DNA from: Octopus vulgaris
Lineage: Eukaryota
DNA length: 64,000 bases
Assembly: GCA_951406725.2 (NCBI GenBank)
Contig: OX597835.1
Span: forward strand, 40,238,001-40,302,000
Reading direction: 5' to 3'
Shown in pieces: positions 12,872-27,146 of the stretch (positions are counted from its first letter, which is position 1; each line of letters starts with the position of its first letter). The notes under the pieces are model-generated. The model saw nothing but the letters and a program-made list of their open reading frames with translations. It was not told where the DNA came from and ran no database searches. A program made the translations under genes and the position numbers.

Positions 12872-13042
12872 CAAACTTTCTTTGTATATGTGTCGTTCTG
12901 GTAGGTCCAAGGTCTGCTGGCATAGATGGCCTCTCCATTGACTTTGAGCCATTGACCAACTTGGAGCAATCTCTCTTCAAACAGCGGATCAATACGTCCA
13001 TCATGAGTGGGTCCAACATTCATAAGAAGATTTCCTCCACAG
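12872..13042 (-). CDS. FUCA: Alpha-L-fucosidase exon 7
   Basis: Acceptor TTAG|C; encodes [56 protein letters not shown]; donor TG|GTAAGA. Confidence 0.95.
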
Positions 13043-13391
13043 CTAAGAATTAATTAGTTGATACAATCAATAACAGCATTAGTAAGTAAACTACCAGTAA
13101 TAATAATAATAATAATAATATGTGGGATTAAAAACAAAACCTGGCAAAGCGCAGAGGAACTTAAAAGAGTCAATGGCCATTCCGAAAACAGGTAGACAGA
13201 ACTTGTGAGCCTTGGTTGGCAGTCTGTCTAGAAGGAATACTCTGATTTAAAAATTAGGGTAGGTAGGACTCCTTAGTCACAGTGGCGACAACCTGTCTCC
13301 TGACAGTCAAGCCTGGCTCCTTCACGAAATCAACAAAAGTGTGAGAAAAGGCGAGTATCTGGCACTTACAAATAACCAGTGCTCTGAGTAG

Positions 13392-13485
13392 GCTGTACTC
13401 ATTAGCCTTGGCTGCACTCATTAGCCTTGGCTGTACTCATTAGCCTTGGCTGCACTCATTAGCCTTGGCTGTACTCATTAGCCTA
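13392..13485. repeat. 19-bp tandem repeat x5 inside a dispersed repeat (13372-13665 matches about 17763-17985)
   Basis: Unit GGCTG(T/C)ACTCATTAGCCTT; single copy in the 17.8-kb relative. Confidence 0.85.
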
Positions 13486-13754
13486 GAAGGAATACTCCAA
13501 GCCCCAAACCAGGGGAGCAAGGACCCTGCCGCTTTGGCAGACTACCTTATTGGTCTATACAGGTGGGTGGGTTAGGGGTAACATTGCTTACAGCAAGGAT
13601 TTAAACCACCTTGAACTAACCTTACAGCCAGCTGAACTAGGTCAAGGCAGGTCATGTACGGAAGTGTGCACTGTTGCAGCTTGTCACTGCATCCACCAAT
13701 CCTTGATCTCTCCAAGCAAGAACGTAGAACAACAAACTAAAATCTTGTTTTTTT

Positions 13755-14042
13755 AAGTGGCCGTTGCCAGCCTCGCCTGGCCCCCGTGCCGGTGGCACGT
13801 AAAAAGCACCAGTCCGACCGTGGCCATTTGCCAGCCTCGTCTGGCACCTGTGCAGGTGGCACGTAAAAAGCACCCACTACATTCACGGAGTGGTTGGCGT
13901 TAGGAAGGGCATCCAGCCGTAGAAACATTGCCAGATCAGACTGGGCCTGGTGCAGCCTCCTGGCCTCCCAGACCCCAGTTGAACCGTCCAACCCATGCCA
14001 GCATGGAAAGCGGACGCTAAACGATGATGATGATGATGATGA
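13755..14042 (+). mobile_element. RTE LINE 3'UTR-derived fragment. Also 16403-16570, 22405-22650(-), 22893-23145, 30285-30755, 48110-48622, 51035-51400(-)
   Basis: Internal GGCACGTAAAAAGCACC repeats, TTGGCGTTAGGAAGGGCATCCAGC, and a (GAT)n tail; the same sequence directly follows the RTE ORF at 32130-32640. Confidence 0.85.
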
Positions 14043-14273
14043 AACACAAGGCTTCTAATAATGGTGGTAGGAATAGCTGATTAAATCAACCCCAGTGCTT
14101 AACTGGTACTTTAATTCCTTTCACCCTTGAAACTGATGTAAAATAAACTGTATTTGAATTCAAAAGAAACAAGGTATATAACAGACTAGTGTTAGGCATT
14201 CTGAGTGATCCCCCAACAAATCTTTCAATCCACAAAAATACAATAAAAGATACCAAACAAAGTTAGTACTAAC

Positions 14274-14406
14274 CTGACAGTCTCAACCAGTAGAGATATC
14301 AGCCCTTCAATGGAATAATAGTCAGAGTAGCGAGCACGGCGCCGGTAGCCCCAGGAATGCTTATCAATAGTCATGGCATTCTCCCATTTGTGATTTACCA
14401 ATTTAC
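14274..14406 (-). CDS. FUCA: Alpha-L-fucosidase exon 6
   Basis: Acceptor CCAG|GT; encodes [43 protein letters not shown]; donor AG|GTTAGT. Confidence 0.95.
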
Positions 14407-15259
14407 CTGGATGAACAACATTTGGAAGAAGAAAAAGGTTTACTGATAATTATCTCCAGATCAAAGTAAATTAATGTATCTTCTCTTTTTTGTGATGATA
14501 CATTGGGGTTTAAAGCAGACTTGTTCAAGGAACTGGGCTGAGGCATCTTCCATTGGCTCACCACTGGTAGGGTAGTTTTAGTAGGGTATATGTGGGTGTG
14601 GTATTGTTGTGGTGGTGTCAGCATTTATATATGGCATGAAATAATAAATGGAGGATAATGAAATTATTTAAACCTTTTTTTAACTCTGAAATCTTGTTTT
14701 AAGCTTTAAGTAGAAAACATGAGGTTAACAATCAGAATAATGTATTTTCTTTTTCATCAGTTTTCTCTCTTCAATTTTGGAGAAGATTAAGTTAAGCCAA
14801 GCTCATGTCACAGCTTACCTCTTCAACACTGAAGATCAAATTTTGTCAGCTTATTATCGTCAACAATAAAGATTGACTCAATTAGAGTTCATGTCAGTTT
14901 ATTTCTTCGATTTTGGGGGGTGAAAGCAAGTTCATGTCAAACAGATCGATTCAAACTGAATGCATGTCACAGTTTATTTCGTCAGCTTTGAACCGATAAC
15001 TGATGTGCAGTGATCCTGTTATACACGGCCTCAAATCTACTTGATTCCAATCAAAGTTGAGACTAGTTTAACAGGATCCCACACATCAGTTGTAGTTAAT
15101 AACATCTGATGCTGGGTCACAATTACTACACTTGTAGTAATTTTCAACAGGCTGGCATCATGTACAGAAAAAGATTGGTCTCTCAACTGCTTAAATGTTA
15201 CACAAAATGCTGTTATATACCTGCCCTGGAAACCATGTTGCTTAAAGAATTAACCTTAA

Positions 15260-15479
15260 CCCTTTAGTGTTCGCATTATTCTGTCAAAATTAATACTTCT
15301 TCATCTACATTGTTTTGAGTAAATCTGCTTTATCTTGTAGCTTTGAGATTTTGATGAGGTAGCTGTTAATTTTTAAAACGATATTGTAGGGTTGGTGTGA
15401 GAGACCAGATATGGCCAGTTTGAACATAAAACAGGCAGAATATTTTTGGCTGGATATGGCCAGTTTAAATGCTAAAGGG
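15260..15479. mobile_element. piggyBac-type MITE in intron 5
   Basis: TTAA|CCCTTTAG...CTAAAGGG|TTAA; relative at about 48706-49152. Confidence 0.8.
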
Positions 15480-15587
15480 TTAAAAACTTTTTCAAGCACC
15501 ATCTCACCATTTTAACAGACAAAAACATGTTCCAAGTAGCATATAACTATCTTTCTATATATCAGTCATTTGGTATTTTGTACTCAC

Positions 15588-15685
15588 CAGGATTATATCT
15601 ATCATGGCATGTGTAAAAGTCTCCATGGTGACAAGAAATTCCAGCTCCCCATCGGTCATTTACCACAACAGTGTCTTTCACTGGA
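15588..15685 (-). CDS. FUCA: Alpha-L-fucosidase exon 5
   Basis: Acceptor TTCAG|T; encodes [32 protein letters not shown]; donor G|GTGAGT. Confidence 0.95.
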
Positions 15686-16566
15686 CTGAAAAGAAAGGCA
15701 GGGAAATGGAGGAAAATTTAAGATCGTTAAAGGTATTTTATGTATCAAAGAATCACGTAAAAGAAGATGCACTTGAGAGGTAGGGAATGGTTAAATTAAG
15801 GTTGAAGCAGGGATGGTGGTGGAATAGAGCAAGAGAGAAAGATGAGGGTGAATTAGAGAGATGAGGGTGGATAGAAACGGGGGTGGAGTTTAGCTAGAGA
15901 GTGAAAGAAGATTAAAGAAAGAGGAGAGAATTAAAAAGGAATTTCAGAATCAATGAGTGAGGTAAGAATTCGGTTAAAAATATTTAATTCGAAATACATA
16001 CAGAAATTATTTTCACTTTCAGGACAAAAATATTATGCCAATGTTGTCATGGAAATAAGAAAAAATTTTCCTGAAATTTCTATAAAATCTAGAATTTCCC
16101 ACTGCATATTGTTTATCCCATCACACCAAAAACAGGTTACATTCCTCGCAATTCCAAACAAATCTAAGCACTCAATAATCCTTGAATGTGGAATCAAATC
16201 ATAAGCTTTCCGATAATCAATCCATCATTTTCCGATATGGATGTTTATGTTTAAATTTACAGGTAACAACACTCTATTCACCACAAACATTAACTCCTAC
16301 AATTCAACAATTTCAAATAATTAATCCCCAGGTTGGCCCATACAACTATGCATACATTTTTTTAATAATACCTTTACCCATACCCTTGCATATATTTTTT
16401 AAAAAAGCACCCACTACACTCACGGAGTGGTTGGCGTTAGGAAGGGCATCCAGCTGTAGAAACATTGCCAGATTAGACTGGAGCCTGGTGCAGCCTTCTG
16501 GCTTGCCAGATCCCCGGTCGAACCGTCCAACCCATGCTAGCATGGAGAACGGACGTTAAACGATGA

Positions 16567-16608
<42 letters not shown>

Positions 16609-17095
16609 TTAAAATTGTCTTGGTACAAAAGACGGGCTACAACAAATATTCTGCTCAATACCACAGATTTGCTTGTCAGTTGTTTGACCCTAACCAGTTG
16701 AGCATGTCCCTTAGTGGCTGACGATATGTGCATCTCTGATCACGAGCAGAAGTAGTGGGGGAGCATCATAACCATGTGTTGAGAGGGATTCTTTGGGGTT
16801 TGAATAATTCACCTCAGGAAATTTGGGTGTTTCGTTCAACATCCTTAAACAACCCTTATTCAAGGACCTTTTGAGCGGGATGGGTTACTCGACCAGAAGA
16901 TAATTCTAACTGGGCCCCACCTGCAAGGTCATATGCTGTTTATCTTGATATGAGATCACCATGTCATGCACATATGGTTGTGATGCATGTGCCTAGTGTG
17001 CCCTTATCAGGCGGGTAGTCATGATGGGTATACTGGGCTTCGTATATTTTACCCCAGTGTCACTTTGATGGCATGCGCTGCTCTCTCACTCAATA

Positions 17096-17153
<58 letters not shown>

Positions 17154-17293
17154 GGGTTTCAGATTTAGCCACAGGGGCAGCAATTTTTGGTGGGAGGGGA
17201 TGGGTCGATTACATCAACCTCAGTGTTTTACTGGTATTTATTTTATTGACCCTGAAAGGATGAAAGGCAAAGTCAACCTTGCAGGAATAATAA

Positions 17294-17324
<31 letters not shown>

Positions 17325-17326
<2 letters not shown>

Positions 17327-19450
17327 ATTGATCACCGCAAAGCTTATGATGTGATTCCACATTCAAGGATCCAAGATTCTTGGATGATTCCACATTCAAG
17401 GATTCAAGAATATGATTCCACATTCAAATGCTTAGATTTGCTTGGAATTGCAAGGAATGTAACCTGATTTTCTGAAGAGAAGTATGGTGGGGTGGAAAAC
17501 TGAGCTGACAGCCTATGGACATAGTTTGGGCACCCTGGGTATCAGGAGAGGGATTTTCCAAGGCAATGGCTTATCTCCGTTGCTTTTTGTTCTCTGCATG
17601 ATCCTGCTGACCTTGGTACTTAGGAAAATGAACCTGAGATATCAGCTAAAGGGAAAACCTCAATCAACCAACCACATCCTCTTCATGGATGATTTGAAGC
17701 TGTATGGCAAAATGAGTTCTTTGGTGAACACAGTTCACAGTTTTAGTACTGATATTAGAACAGATAACCAGTGCTCTGGGTAGGCTGTACTCATTAGCCT
17801 AGGAGAAGGAATACTCCAAGCCCCAAACCAGGGGAGCAAGGACCCTGCCGCCTTAGCAGACTACCTTATTGGTCTATACAGGTGGGTGGGTTAGGGGTAA
17901 CATTGCTTACAGCAAGGATTTAAACCACCTTGAACTAACCTTACAGCCAGATGAACTAGGTCAAGGCAGGTCATGTACAGAAGTGTAGTGGAATGAAGTG
18001 TAGTGGAATGTACCTGAAAAGAGGCAAGGTACAGTCCCTAGCAGGGACAGAATTACCTAATTAGAGAACCGATTAAGCAAATTGAAGTGGAAGGCTACAA
18101 ATATCTTGGCATTCTAGAATTCAATGAGATAATGGGAAAGGAAATGAAAGAACAACTTTGAATGGAATATTTCTGGTACAGTCCCTGGCAGGGTTAGAAT
18201 TACCTAATAGAGAACTGATTAAACAAATTGAAATGGAAGGCTGCAGATCTCTTGGTCTACTGCAGTTCAATGAAATCATGGAGAAGGAAATGAAAGAAAA
18301 ATTGTGGACGGAATATTTCTGAAGACTAAGATTGGATTTTGCACTCCAAACTGACCAGATGGAATAAAATCCAGACAGTGAATACATGGGTGATAGCATC
18401 ACTTTGGAATGAAAATGGAATTGTCAACTAGCAAAAAAAAAAAAAACTGATGAACATGGATATGAAGATGAGAAAAATATTGACAATGCACAGCGCCTTC
18501 CACCCTGTGAGTGACACCAATGGGCTGTACTTGTCCAGAAGAAAGGGTGAGAGAGATTAGATCAGTTGTCAGGACTGTATTGAAGCAGAGGAAAACAGCT
18601 TAGAGTGGTATGTAAAAAATACTGTGGAACCATTGCTGAAACATATGAAGAAGTCCAGTATCATCAAAATTGATAATTGTGTAAAGAAAGAAAAATTTAA
18701 AGAGGAAAAAAACACAAAAATGAAACATGGAAGGAGATAAAAAAAAACCGTAGTCAGTTTGCAAGAGATATGAAGATATACAGAAGACCGGTGGCTGTGG
18801 AAGAGGAGGAGTGACCTGAATATAGAGACAGAAGCACTTATATGTGCAGCTCAAGAACAAGCATTAAGGACTAACTATGTGAAGTGCAGAATCAACAACA
18901 CTACTGACAGCAACAAATACAGAATGTGTGGTGAGAGGAGTGAAATGGTATGGCACATCGTTAGCAAATGCCTGAAATTGGCACAATGCGATTACCAAAG
19001 ACGACATGACAATGTAGCAAGGATGATCTGTTGGGAGCTCTGTGGAAATTACAGCCTACAAAGAGCAAAGACATGGTATGAGCAAACCTCAGAAGGAGTT
19101 GCCAAGAATGAAGATTGCAAAATTCTGTGGGATGCAATGATTCAGAGTGATCACCTGACCAGACATCAGAAACTGGATACTGTTGTGGTGAATGAAAAAG
19201 AAAGAACATGCATGATAATCAACATAGCATGTCTTGGTAACACAGGATCAAAGAGAAAGAAGAAGAAAAACTAAACAAATGTGATGATTTGAAGTGGGGA
19301 AATATGAAGGTTGTGTTCAATGAGGAGAGTAGATGTGATGTCAGAAGTAATTAGCATGTTTGGAAGTATCGGCATTCAACTACCAGCATGGCTCAAAAAG
19401 ACTGGAACTCCTAGAAAAATCAGCATTGCTTGGAATTGCAAGAATTCTTC
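17325..19450 (+). mobile_element. Degenerate R4/Dong-clade LINE (RT, CCHC knuckle, RLE) in intron 4, antisense to the gene
   Basis: GIFQGNGLSPLLF, HILFMDDLKLY, AQEQALRTN, MCGERSEMVWHIVSKC..RHDNVA, KILWD..DTVVV; many stops and frameshifts. Confidence 0.85.
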
Positions 19451-20029
19451 ACATAGGCGCACGAGTGGCAGTGTGGTAAGTAGCTTGCTTACCAACCACA
19501 TGGTTCTGGGTTCAGTCCCACTGCGTGGCACCTTGGGCAAATGTCTTCTACTATAGCTTTGGCCCGACCAAAGCCTTGTGAGTGGATTTGGTAGATGGAA
19601 ATTGAAAGAAGCCCGTCGTATATACATATATATGTATGTGTGTATGTTTGTGTGTCTGTGTTTGTTCCCCCAACATCGCTTGACAACTGATGCTGGTGTG
19701 TTTACGTCCCCGTAACTTAACAGTTCGGCAAAAGAGATCGATAGAATAAGTACTAGGCTTACGAAGAATAAGTCCTAGGGTCGATTTGCTTGACTAAAGG
19801 CGGTACTCCAGCATGGCCACAGTCAAATGACTGAAACAAGTAAAAGAGTAAAGAGCAAGTTTCTTGAAGCATGAACAGTATACAAGTGTCACCTTAGTCT
19901 GCTTGTTGGGAACAGCTGACACTTTCCATCGTACCCTGCAAAATAAGCTGTGAGTTTTCATCAAATAGTAGCAGCAGCAGTGCCAACAGCAACAACAACA
20001 ACAATTAGCTAAATGGTCCGAAGCTAGTG

Positions 20030-21215
20030 AAGGTTGTAAATACTTGGGCAGTATCATTACTTAGATACTCAGCAGCTTTTGTAGATTGGACAAAAACTGA
20101 ATTAGCAAAGCTAGACAGAAGAACTAGGAAGGAATTCAATATGAAATGAGGACTCCACCTAAGAGCAGGAGTATCAAGATTATACTTATCTAGAAAGGAA
20201 GGCAGAAGAGGGTTAATATCAGTAGAAGACTGCATGGAGTTAGCTAGAGTAGATATAGACTCCTGTGTAGGAAATATTGAAGAAAGTTTATTAAAAGCTG
20301 CTAGAATTACAGCAAGACTTAGGGAAACCAAAAACCCAAAGTTAAAAACCAGAAGAAAGAACAGAAATTATCTGATGGCAGGAGAAGGCATTGTATGGTA
20401 GATTCCCAAATACAGTTGCAGCAAATAGTAGTTAGTGAGACATGGTTATGGTTGCAGAAAGGAATGCTGAAAAGGGAGACAGAAACTTTGTTAGTAGCAG
20501 CACAAGATCAAGCATTAAGAACTAATTGGATATAAGTTAAGATATACAAAAACCATGTAGATTCCCAATGTGGGTTATGCAAATCAAAAGAGGAAAGTGT
20601 TACTCATATAGTAAGTGAATGTAGCATGCTGGCACAGAAAGAATGCTAGAAAATAGATGACAATCTAGGGAGAGTAATCCACTGGGAGTTATGTAGAAAG
20701 CTAGGATTTGAACATACTGATAAATGGTATGAACATGAACCTAGCAAAGTACTAGAAAGTAAGAAATACAAGAAATTGTGGGGCTTTAACATTAAGATTG
20801 ATAGAGTAATAGAAGCTAGAAGGCCTGATTTGGTAGTAGTAGTAGTAGATAAGGAGAATAGAAAGTGTCAGATAATTAACTTTACAATCTCAAATGATGA
20901 AAAAATAGCAAAGTCCCTGGATCTAGCCACTGAATTACAGAGATTATGAAAAGTGCAGGCAAAATGTATCCCAGTAGTTATAGGTACATTGGGAAGTATC
21001 CTTAAAGATTTGAGCAGATGGACAGAGAAAATAGGCATAAAAGCCAGTTTAGTACAGCTCCAAAAAACAGTGTCATTTGGGACAGTTAGGATACTAAGGA
21101 GGGTTCTTGGCATCTAAGGTTACTTGTTGTAGCCTGATGTTAGGAATTCTTCTTTTCCAACAGTTTAATCTGTAGTGTGTATAATAACAACAACAACAAT
21201 AATAATAATAATAAA
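20030..21215 (+). mobile_element. Second degenerate R4/Dong-clade LINE, 3' half
   Basis: RLYLSRKEGRRGL, AAQDQALRTN, CGLCKSKEESVTHIVSEC, IHWELC, RPDLVVV, IPVVIG; ends near (CAA)/(TAA)n next to exon 4. Confidence 0.82.
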
Positions 21216-21225
21216 TAATAAAAAC

Positions 21226-21359
21226 CTGTCATTATAGAGCCATGCAATAAACTCTGTTGAATTCCAGTACTTATCTGGCGCTTCCCCATCACCATCTGAC
21301 CAAATTACATCAGGTTTGTAATTCATAACCAGTTCATACAACTCAGGCATAGTTTTCCC
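21226..21359 (-). CDS. FUCA: Alpha-L-fucosidase exon 4 (catalytic nucleophile Asp in WSDG)
   Basis: Acceptor TTAG|; encodes [44 protein letters not shown]; donor AG|GTTTTT. Confidence 0.95.
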
Positions 21360-22656
21360 CTAAGGACATATTGAAATACATAGTTATTTAGGACAGAAAC
21401 ACCGAGGACAAAGACACACAGACAGACACACACACACACACACAAAGATAAAGAATCAAATGGAAAAGTTATTTTATTGATGCTATTCAGATTGTCTCCT
21501 AAGAGAGTGATGCACAATATTTTACAGATGTTCCACAAAATTATTGAAGAGAACTTCAAAGAATACCAAATATAAATTAACTTTTAACTGCATTAAGCTA
21601 CAACATGGTAGGATATTAGATTGGCTGTGAACCACCATAACTTTGTCGTGGATCACTGGTGGCCTAGGGGTACAAATATCCTGGAATAAATTTCTGAAAA
21701 CTTTATCCCAAAAACCTGAAAGCGTAGTCTGTGCTGTATCTTTATAGAAAGGTAGTCACACATCTGCTACTCATTGAAAAGTGAAAGAAATTGGAATACG
21801 ATGATTACTTAATGCACTTTATATACTTTATATACAATTTTATATACTTAATACACAGCACTCATCAAAAAAATTTTCACTTTTATTTTTCCATTTTTTC
21901 CATAAAAAAAAATATTCTGTACATATGATACAACCTTTAGTTAAACTGCATAAATTCTGCCACATAAATATTTCACAGAATTGCATTTATGCACATATGT
22001 TAAGTGATAGGTGAATAAAAAAACTTAGTTCAATTACAAAAAAAAATATACTTTCACAGTCCACTCACCACCACCAACACCACCATATCTCTCTCTCCTC
22101 CTCTCTCTGCTTTTCTTTAACCTCACCATCAGAACATCACCCCTCTGCTAATATTATATTTCTAACTCTCTTTCTCTATATCACAACCTTCAACTAACTT
22201 CTGTAACCATGTAATAAATATTATGTTCCTCCTACAAAACCTTATGGACACTCTTTTCCTCTCTCTGTCTTTCCTATCTCTCGCTCTTTCTGTCTCACTC
22301 TTCGCCTTGTCCTCTTTTTCTCTCTCCATTGTATTTTTTTCTTCCTCTTTTTCTCTAATCACATGAAAGTGTTACTAATGGGCTAAGTATATATATATAT
22401 ATATCATCATCATCTTTTAGCGTCCGCTTTCCATGCTGGCATGGGTTGGACGGTTCAACTGGGTCTGGGAAGCCAGAAGGCTGCACCAGGCCCAGTCTGA
22501 TCTGGCAATGTTTCTATGGCTGGATGCCCTTCCTAACGCCAACCACTCCATGAGTATAGTGGGTGCTTTTTACATGCCACCGGCACGGAGGTCAGGCGAG
22601 GCTGGGAAACGGCCACAATCGGATGGTGCTTTTTACGTGCCACCGGCACAGAGGCA

Positions 22657-22698
<42 letters not shown>

Positions 22699-23444
22699 GT
22701 CCTGCAAAGTGTGGCATATAACCAGAGTTCAAGCTCAGTAATTAGATCCCACATGCCACTCATATATCCAGTGCATTACAGCATAGAGGTTCAAACCACA
22801 GCATAGGATTTGTGCAGAAAATGATCTACGTAAATGTATTAGTAAAACACAGAAAATACATATGCTAATTTGTGCTTTCTAAAATATAAACGTTGCCAGT
22901 ACAGCCTGACTGGCCCCCGTGCCGGTGGCGCGTAAAAAGCACCCACTACACTCTCGGAGTGGTTGGTGTTAGGAAGGGCATCCAGCTGTAGAAACTCTGC
23001 CAGATCAAGATTGGAGCCTGGTGCGGCCATCTGGTTCGCCAGCCCTCAGTCAAAATCGTCCAACCCATGCTAGCATGGAAAGCGGACGTTAAACGATGAT
23101 GATGATGATGATGTTGATGATGATGATGCTGATGACGATGATGATGTTTCACTAGTTTACTGCCAGGACTATATAATTGTATACTGAAAAACTATATAAT
23201 CTCCTTAAAACACCTTTTTTGTGTTTATAGAAAAATTACTGAAGAGGTGTTTTAACAAGACTGTATAATACTTCAAAAAGTAATTATGTAATCCTAACAG
23301 TAATTTGTCAAAACACATAACATTTTGGCAAATTATAAAGCATTAATTTCTCAACTGGCATGAAGCCATTCCCTTCAATAAAAAACCCTCCCTACCGGTT
23401 TTTAGTCATTTTTGCCATGCAAGGTACTTGGTGACCCTGTTGGG

Positions 23445-26400
23445 GCTGGTGTCACATTAGAAGCACTGGTGCTGGTGTCACATTAGAAGCACTGGTGCTA
23501 GTGTCACATTAGAGGCACTGGTGCTAGTGTCACATTAGAGGCACTGGTGCTAGTGTCACATTAGAAGCACTGGTGCTAGTGTCACATTAGAAGCACTGGT
23601 GCTGGTGTCACATTAGAAGCACTGGTGCTAGTGTCACATTAGAAGCACTGGTGCTAGTGTCACATTAGAAGCACTGGTGCTGGTGTCACATTAGAGGCAC
23701 TGGTGCTAGTGTCACATTAGAAGCACTGGTGCTAGTGTCACATTAGAAGCACTGGTGCTGGTGTCACATTAGAAGCACTGGTGCTAGTGTCACATTAGAG
23801 GCACTGGTGCTAGTGTCACATTAGAGGCACTGGTGCTAGTGTCACATTAGAGGCACTGGTGCTAGTGTCACATTAGAGGCACTGGTGCTAGTGTCACATT
23901 AGAGGCACTGGTGCTAGTGTCACATTAGAGGCACTGGTGCTAGTGTCACATTAGAAGCACTGGTGCTAGTGTCACATTAGAAGCACTGGTGCTAGTGTCA
24001 CATTAGAGGCACTGGTGCTAGTGTCACATTAGAAGCACTGGTGCTGGTGTCACATTAGAAGCATTGGTGCTAGTGTCACATTAGAGGCACTGGTGCTAGT
24101 GTCACATTAGAAGCACTGGTGCTAGTGTCACATTAGAAGCACTGGTGCTGGTGTCACATTAGAAGCACTGGTGCTAGTGTCACATTAAAAACACTGGTGC
24201 TAGTGTCACATTAGAAGCACTGGTGCTGGTGTCACATTAGAGGCACTGGTGCTAGTGTCACATTAGAGGCACTGGTGCTAGTGTCACATTAGAAGCACTG
24301 GTGCTAGTGTCACATTAGAGGCACTGGTGCTAGTGTCACATTAGAGGCACTGGTGCTAGTGTCACATTAGAGGCACTGGTGCTAGTGTCACATTAGAAGC
24401 ACTGGTGCTAGTGTCACATTAGAAGCACTGGTGCTAGTGTCACATTAGAGGCACTGGTGCTAGTGTCACATTAGAGGCACTGGTGCTAGTGTCACATTAG
24501 AAGCACTGGTGCTGGTGTCACATTAGAAGCATTGGTGCTAGTGTCACATTAGAAGCACTGGTGCTAGTGTCACATTAGAAGCACTGGTGCTGGTGTCACA
24601 TTAGAAGCATTGGTGCTAGTGTCACATTAGAAGCACTGGTGCTAGTGTCACATTAGAAGCACTGGTGCTAGTGTCACATTAGAAGCACTGGTGCTTGTGT
24701 CACATTAGAAGCACTGGTGCTGGTGTCACATTAGAAGCATTGGTGCTAGTGTCACATTAGAAGCATTGGTGCTAGTGTCACATTAGAAGCACTGGTGCTA
24801 GTGTCACATTAGAAGCACTGGTGCTGGTGTCACATTAGAAGCATTGGTGCTAGTGTCACATTAGAGGCACTGGTGCTAGTGTCACATTAGAAGCACTGGT
24901 GCTGGTGTCACATTAGAAGCATTGGTGCTAGTGTCACATTAGAAGCACTGGTGCTAGTGTCACATTAGAAGCACTGGTGCTGGTGTCACATTAGAAGCAC
25001 TGGTGCTGGTGTCACATTAGAAGCATTGGTGCTAGTGTCACATTAGAAGCATTGGTGCTACTGTCACATTAGAAGCACTGGTGCTAGTGTCACATTAGAA
25101 GCACTGGTGCTAGTGTCACATTAGAAGCACTGGTGCTGGTGTCACATTAGAAGCAATGGTGCTAGTGTCACATTAGAAGCACTGGTGCTAGTGTCACATT
25201 AGAAGCACTGGTGCTAGTGTCACATTAGAAGCACTGGTGCTGGTGTCACATTAGAAGCACTGGTGCTGGTGTCACATTAGAAGCATTGGTGCTGGTGTCA
25301 CATTAGAAGCATTGGTGCTAGTGTCACATTAGAGGCACTGGTGCTAGTGTCACATTAGAAGCACTGGTGCTAGTGTCACATTAGAAGCACTCGTGCTAGT
25401 GTCACATTAGAAGCATTGGTGCTAGTGTCACATTAGAAGCACTGGTGCTAGTGTCACATTAGAAGCACTGGTGCTAGTGTCACATTAGAAGCATTGGTGC
25501 TAGTGTCACATTAGAAGCACTCGTGCTAGTGTCACATTAGAAGCACTGGTGCTGGTGTCACATTAGAAGCATTGGTGCTAGTGTCACATTAGAGGCACTG
25601 GTGCTAGTGTCACATTAGAAGCACTGGTGCTGGTGTCACATTAGAAGCATTGGTGCTAGTGTCACATTAGAAGCACTGGTGCTAGTGTCACATTAGAAGC
25701 ACTGGTGCTGGTGTCACATTAGAAGCACTGGTGCTGGTGTCACATTAGAAGCACTGGTGCTAGTGTCACATTAGAAGCACTGGTGCTAGTGTCACATTAG
25801 AAGCACTGGTGCTAGTGTCACATTAGAAGCACTGGTGCTAGTGTCACATTAGAAGCACTGGTGCTAGTGTCACATTAGAAGCACTGGTGCTGGTGTCACA
25901 TTAGAAGCACTGGTGCTGGTGTCACATTAGAAGCATTGGTGCTAGTGTCACATTAGAAGCATTGGTGCTAGTGTCACATTAGAAGCACTGGTGCTAGTGT
26001 CACATTAGAAGCACTGGTGCTGGTGTCACATTAGAAGCACTGGTGCTAGTGTCACATTAGAGACACTGGTGCTAGTGTCACATTAGAAGCACTGGTGCTG
26101 GTGTCACATTAGAAGCACTGGTGCTAGTGTCACATTAGAAGCACTGGTGCTAGTGTCACATTAGAAGCACTGGTGCTAGTGTCACATTAGAAGCACTGGT
26201 GCTGGTGTCACATTAGAAGCACTGGTGCTAGTGTCACATTAGAGGCACTGGTGCTAGTGTCACATTAGAAGCACTGGTGCTGGTGTCACATTAGAGGCAA
26301 TGGTGCTAGTGTCACATTAGAGGCACTGGTGCTAGTGTCACATTAGAAGCACTGGTGCTAGTGTCACATTAGAAGCACTGGTGCTGGTGTCACATTAGAG

Positions 26401-27146
26401 GCACTGGTGCTAGTGTCACATTAGAGGCACTGGTGCTAGTGTCACATTAGAAGCACTGGTGCTAGTGTCACATTAGAAGCACTGGTGCTAGTGTCACATT
26501 AGAGGCACTGGTGCTAGTGTCACATTAGAAGCACTGGTGCTAGTGTCACATTAGAAGCACTGGTGCTAGTGTCACATTAGAAGCACTGGTGCTGGTGTCA
26601 CATTAGAGGCACTGGTGCTAGTGTCACATTAGAGACACTGGTGCTAGTGTCACATTAGAAGCACTGGTGCTAGTGTCACATTAGAAGCACTGGTGCTGGT
26701 GTCACATTAGAGGCACTGGTGCTAGTGTCACATTAGAGGCACTGGTGCTAGTGTCACATTAGAAGCACTGGTGCTAGTGTCACATTAGAAGCACTGGTGC
26801 TGGTGTCACATTAGAAGCACTGGTGCTAGTGTCACATTAGAGGCACTGGTGCTAGTGTCACATTAGAAGCACTGGTGCTAGTGTCACATTAGAAGCACTG
26901 GTGCTGGTGTCACATTAGAAGCACTGGTGCTAGTGTCACATTAGAGGCACTGGTGCTAGTGTCACATTAGAGGCACTGGTGCTAGTGTCACATTAGAGGC
27001 ACTGGTGCTAGTGTCACATTAGAAGCACTGGTGCTAGTGTCACATTAGAAGCACTGGTGCTGGTGTCACATTAGAAGCACTGGTGCTGGTGTCACATTAG
27101 AGGCACTGGTGCTAGTGTCACATTAGAAGCACTGGTGGTGGTGTCA
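23445..27146. repeat. 26-bp minisatellite, about 142 units, in intron 3
   Basis: Unit GCT(A/G)GTGTCACATTAGA(A/G)GCA(C/T)TGGT, head-to-tail with no spacers. Confidence 0.98.

Noticed and set aside
23445-27146. CRISPR array
   Set aside because: Units are head-to-tail with no unique spacers, there are no cas genes, and the context is a eukaryotic intron.
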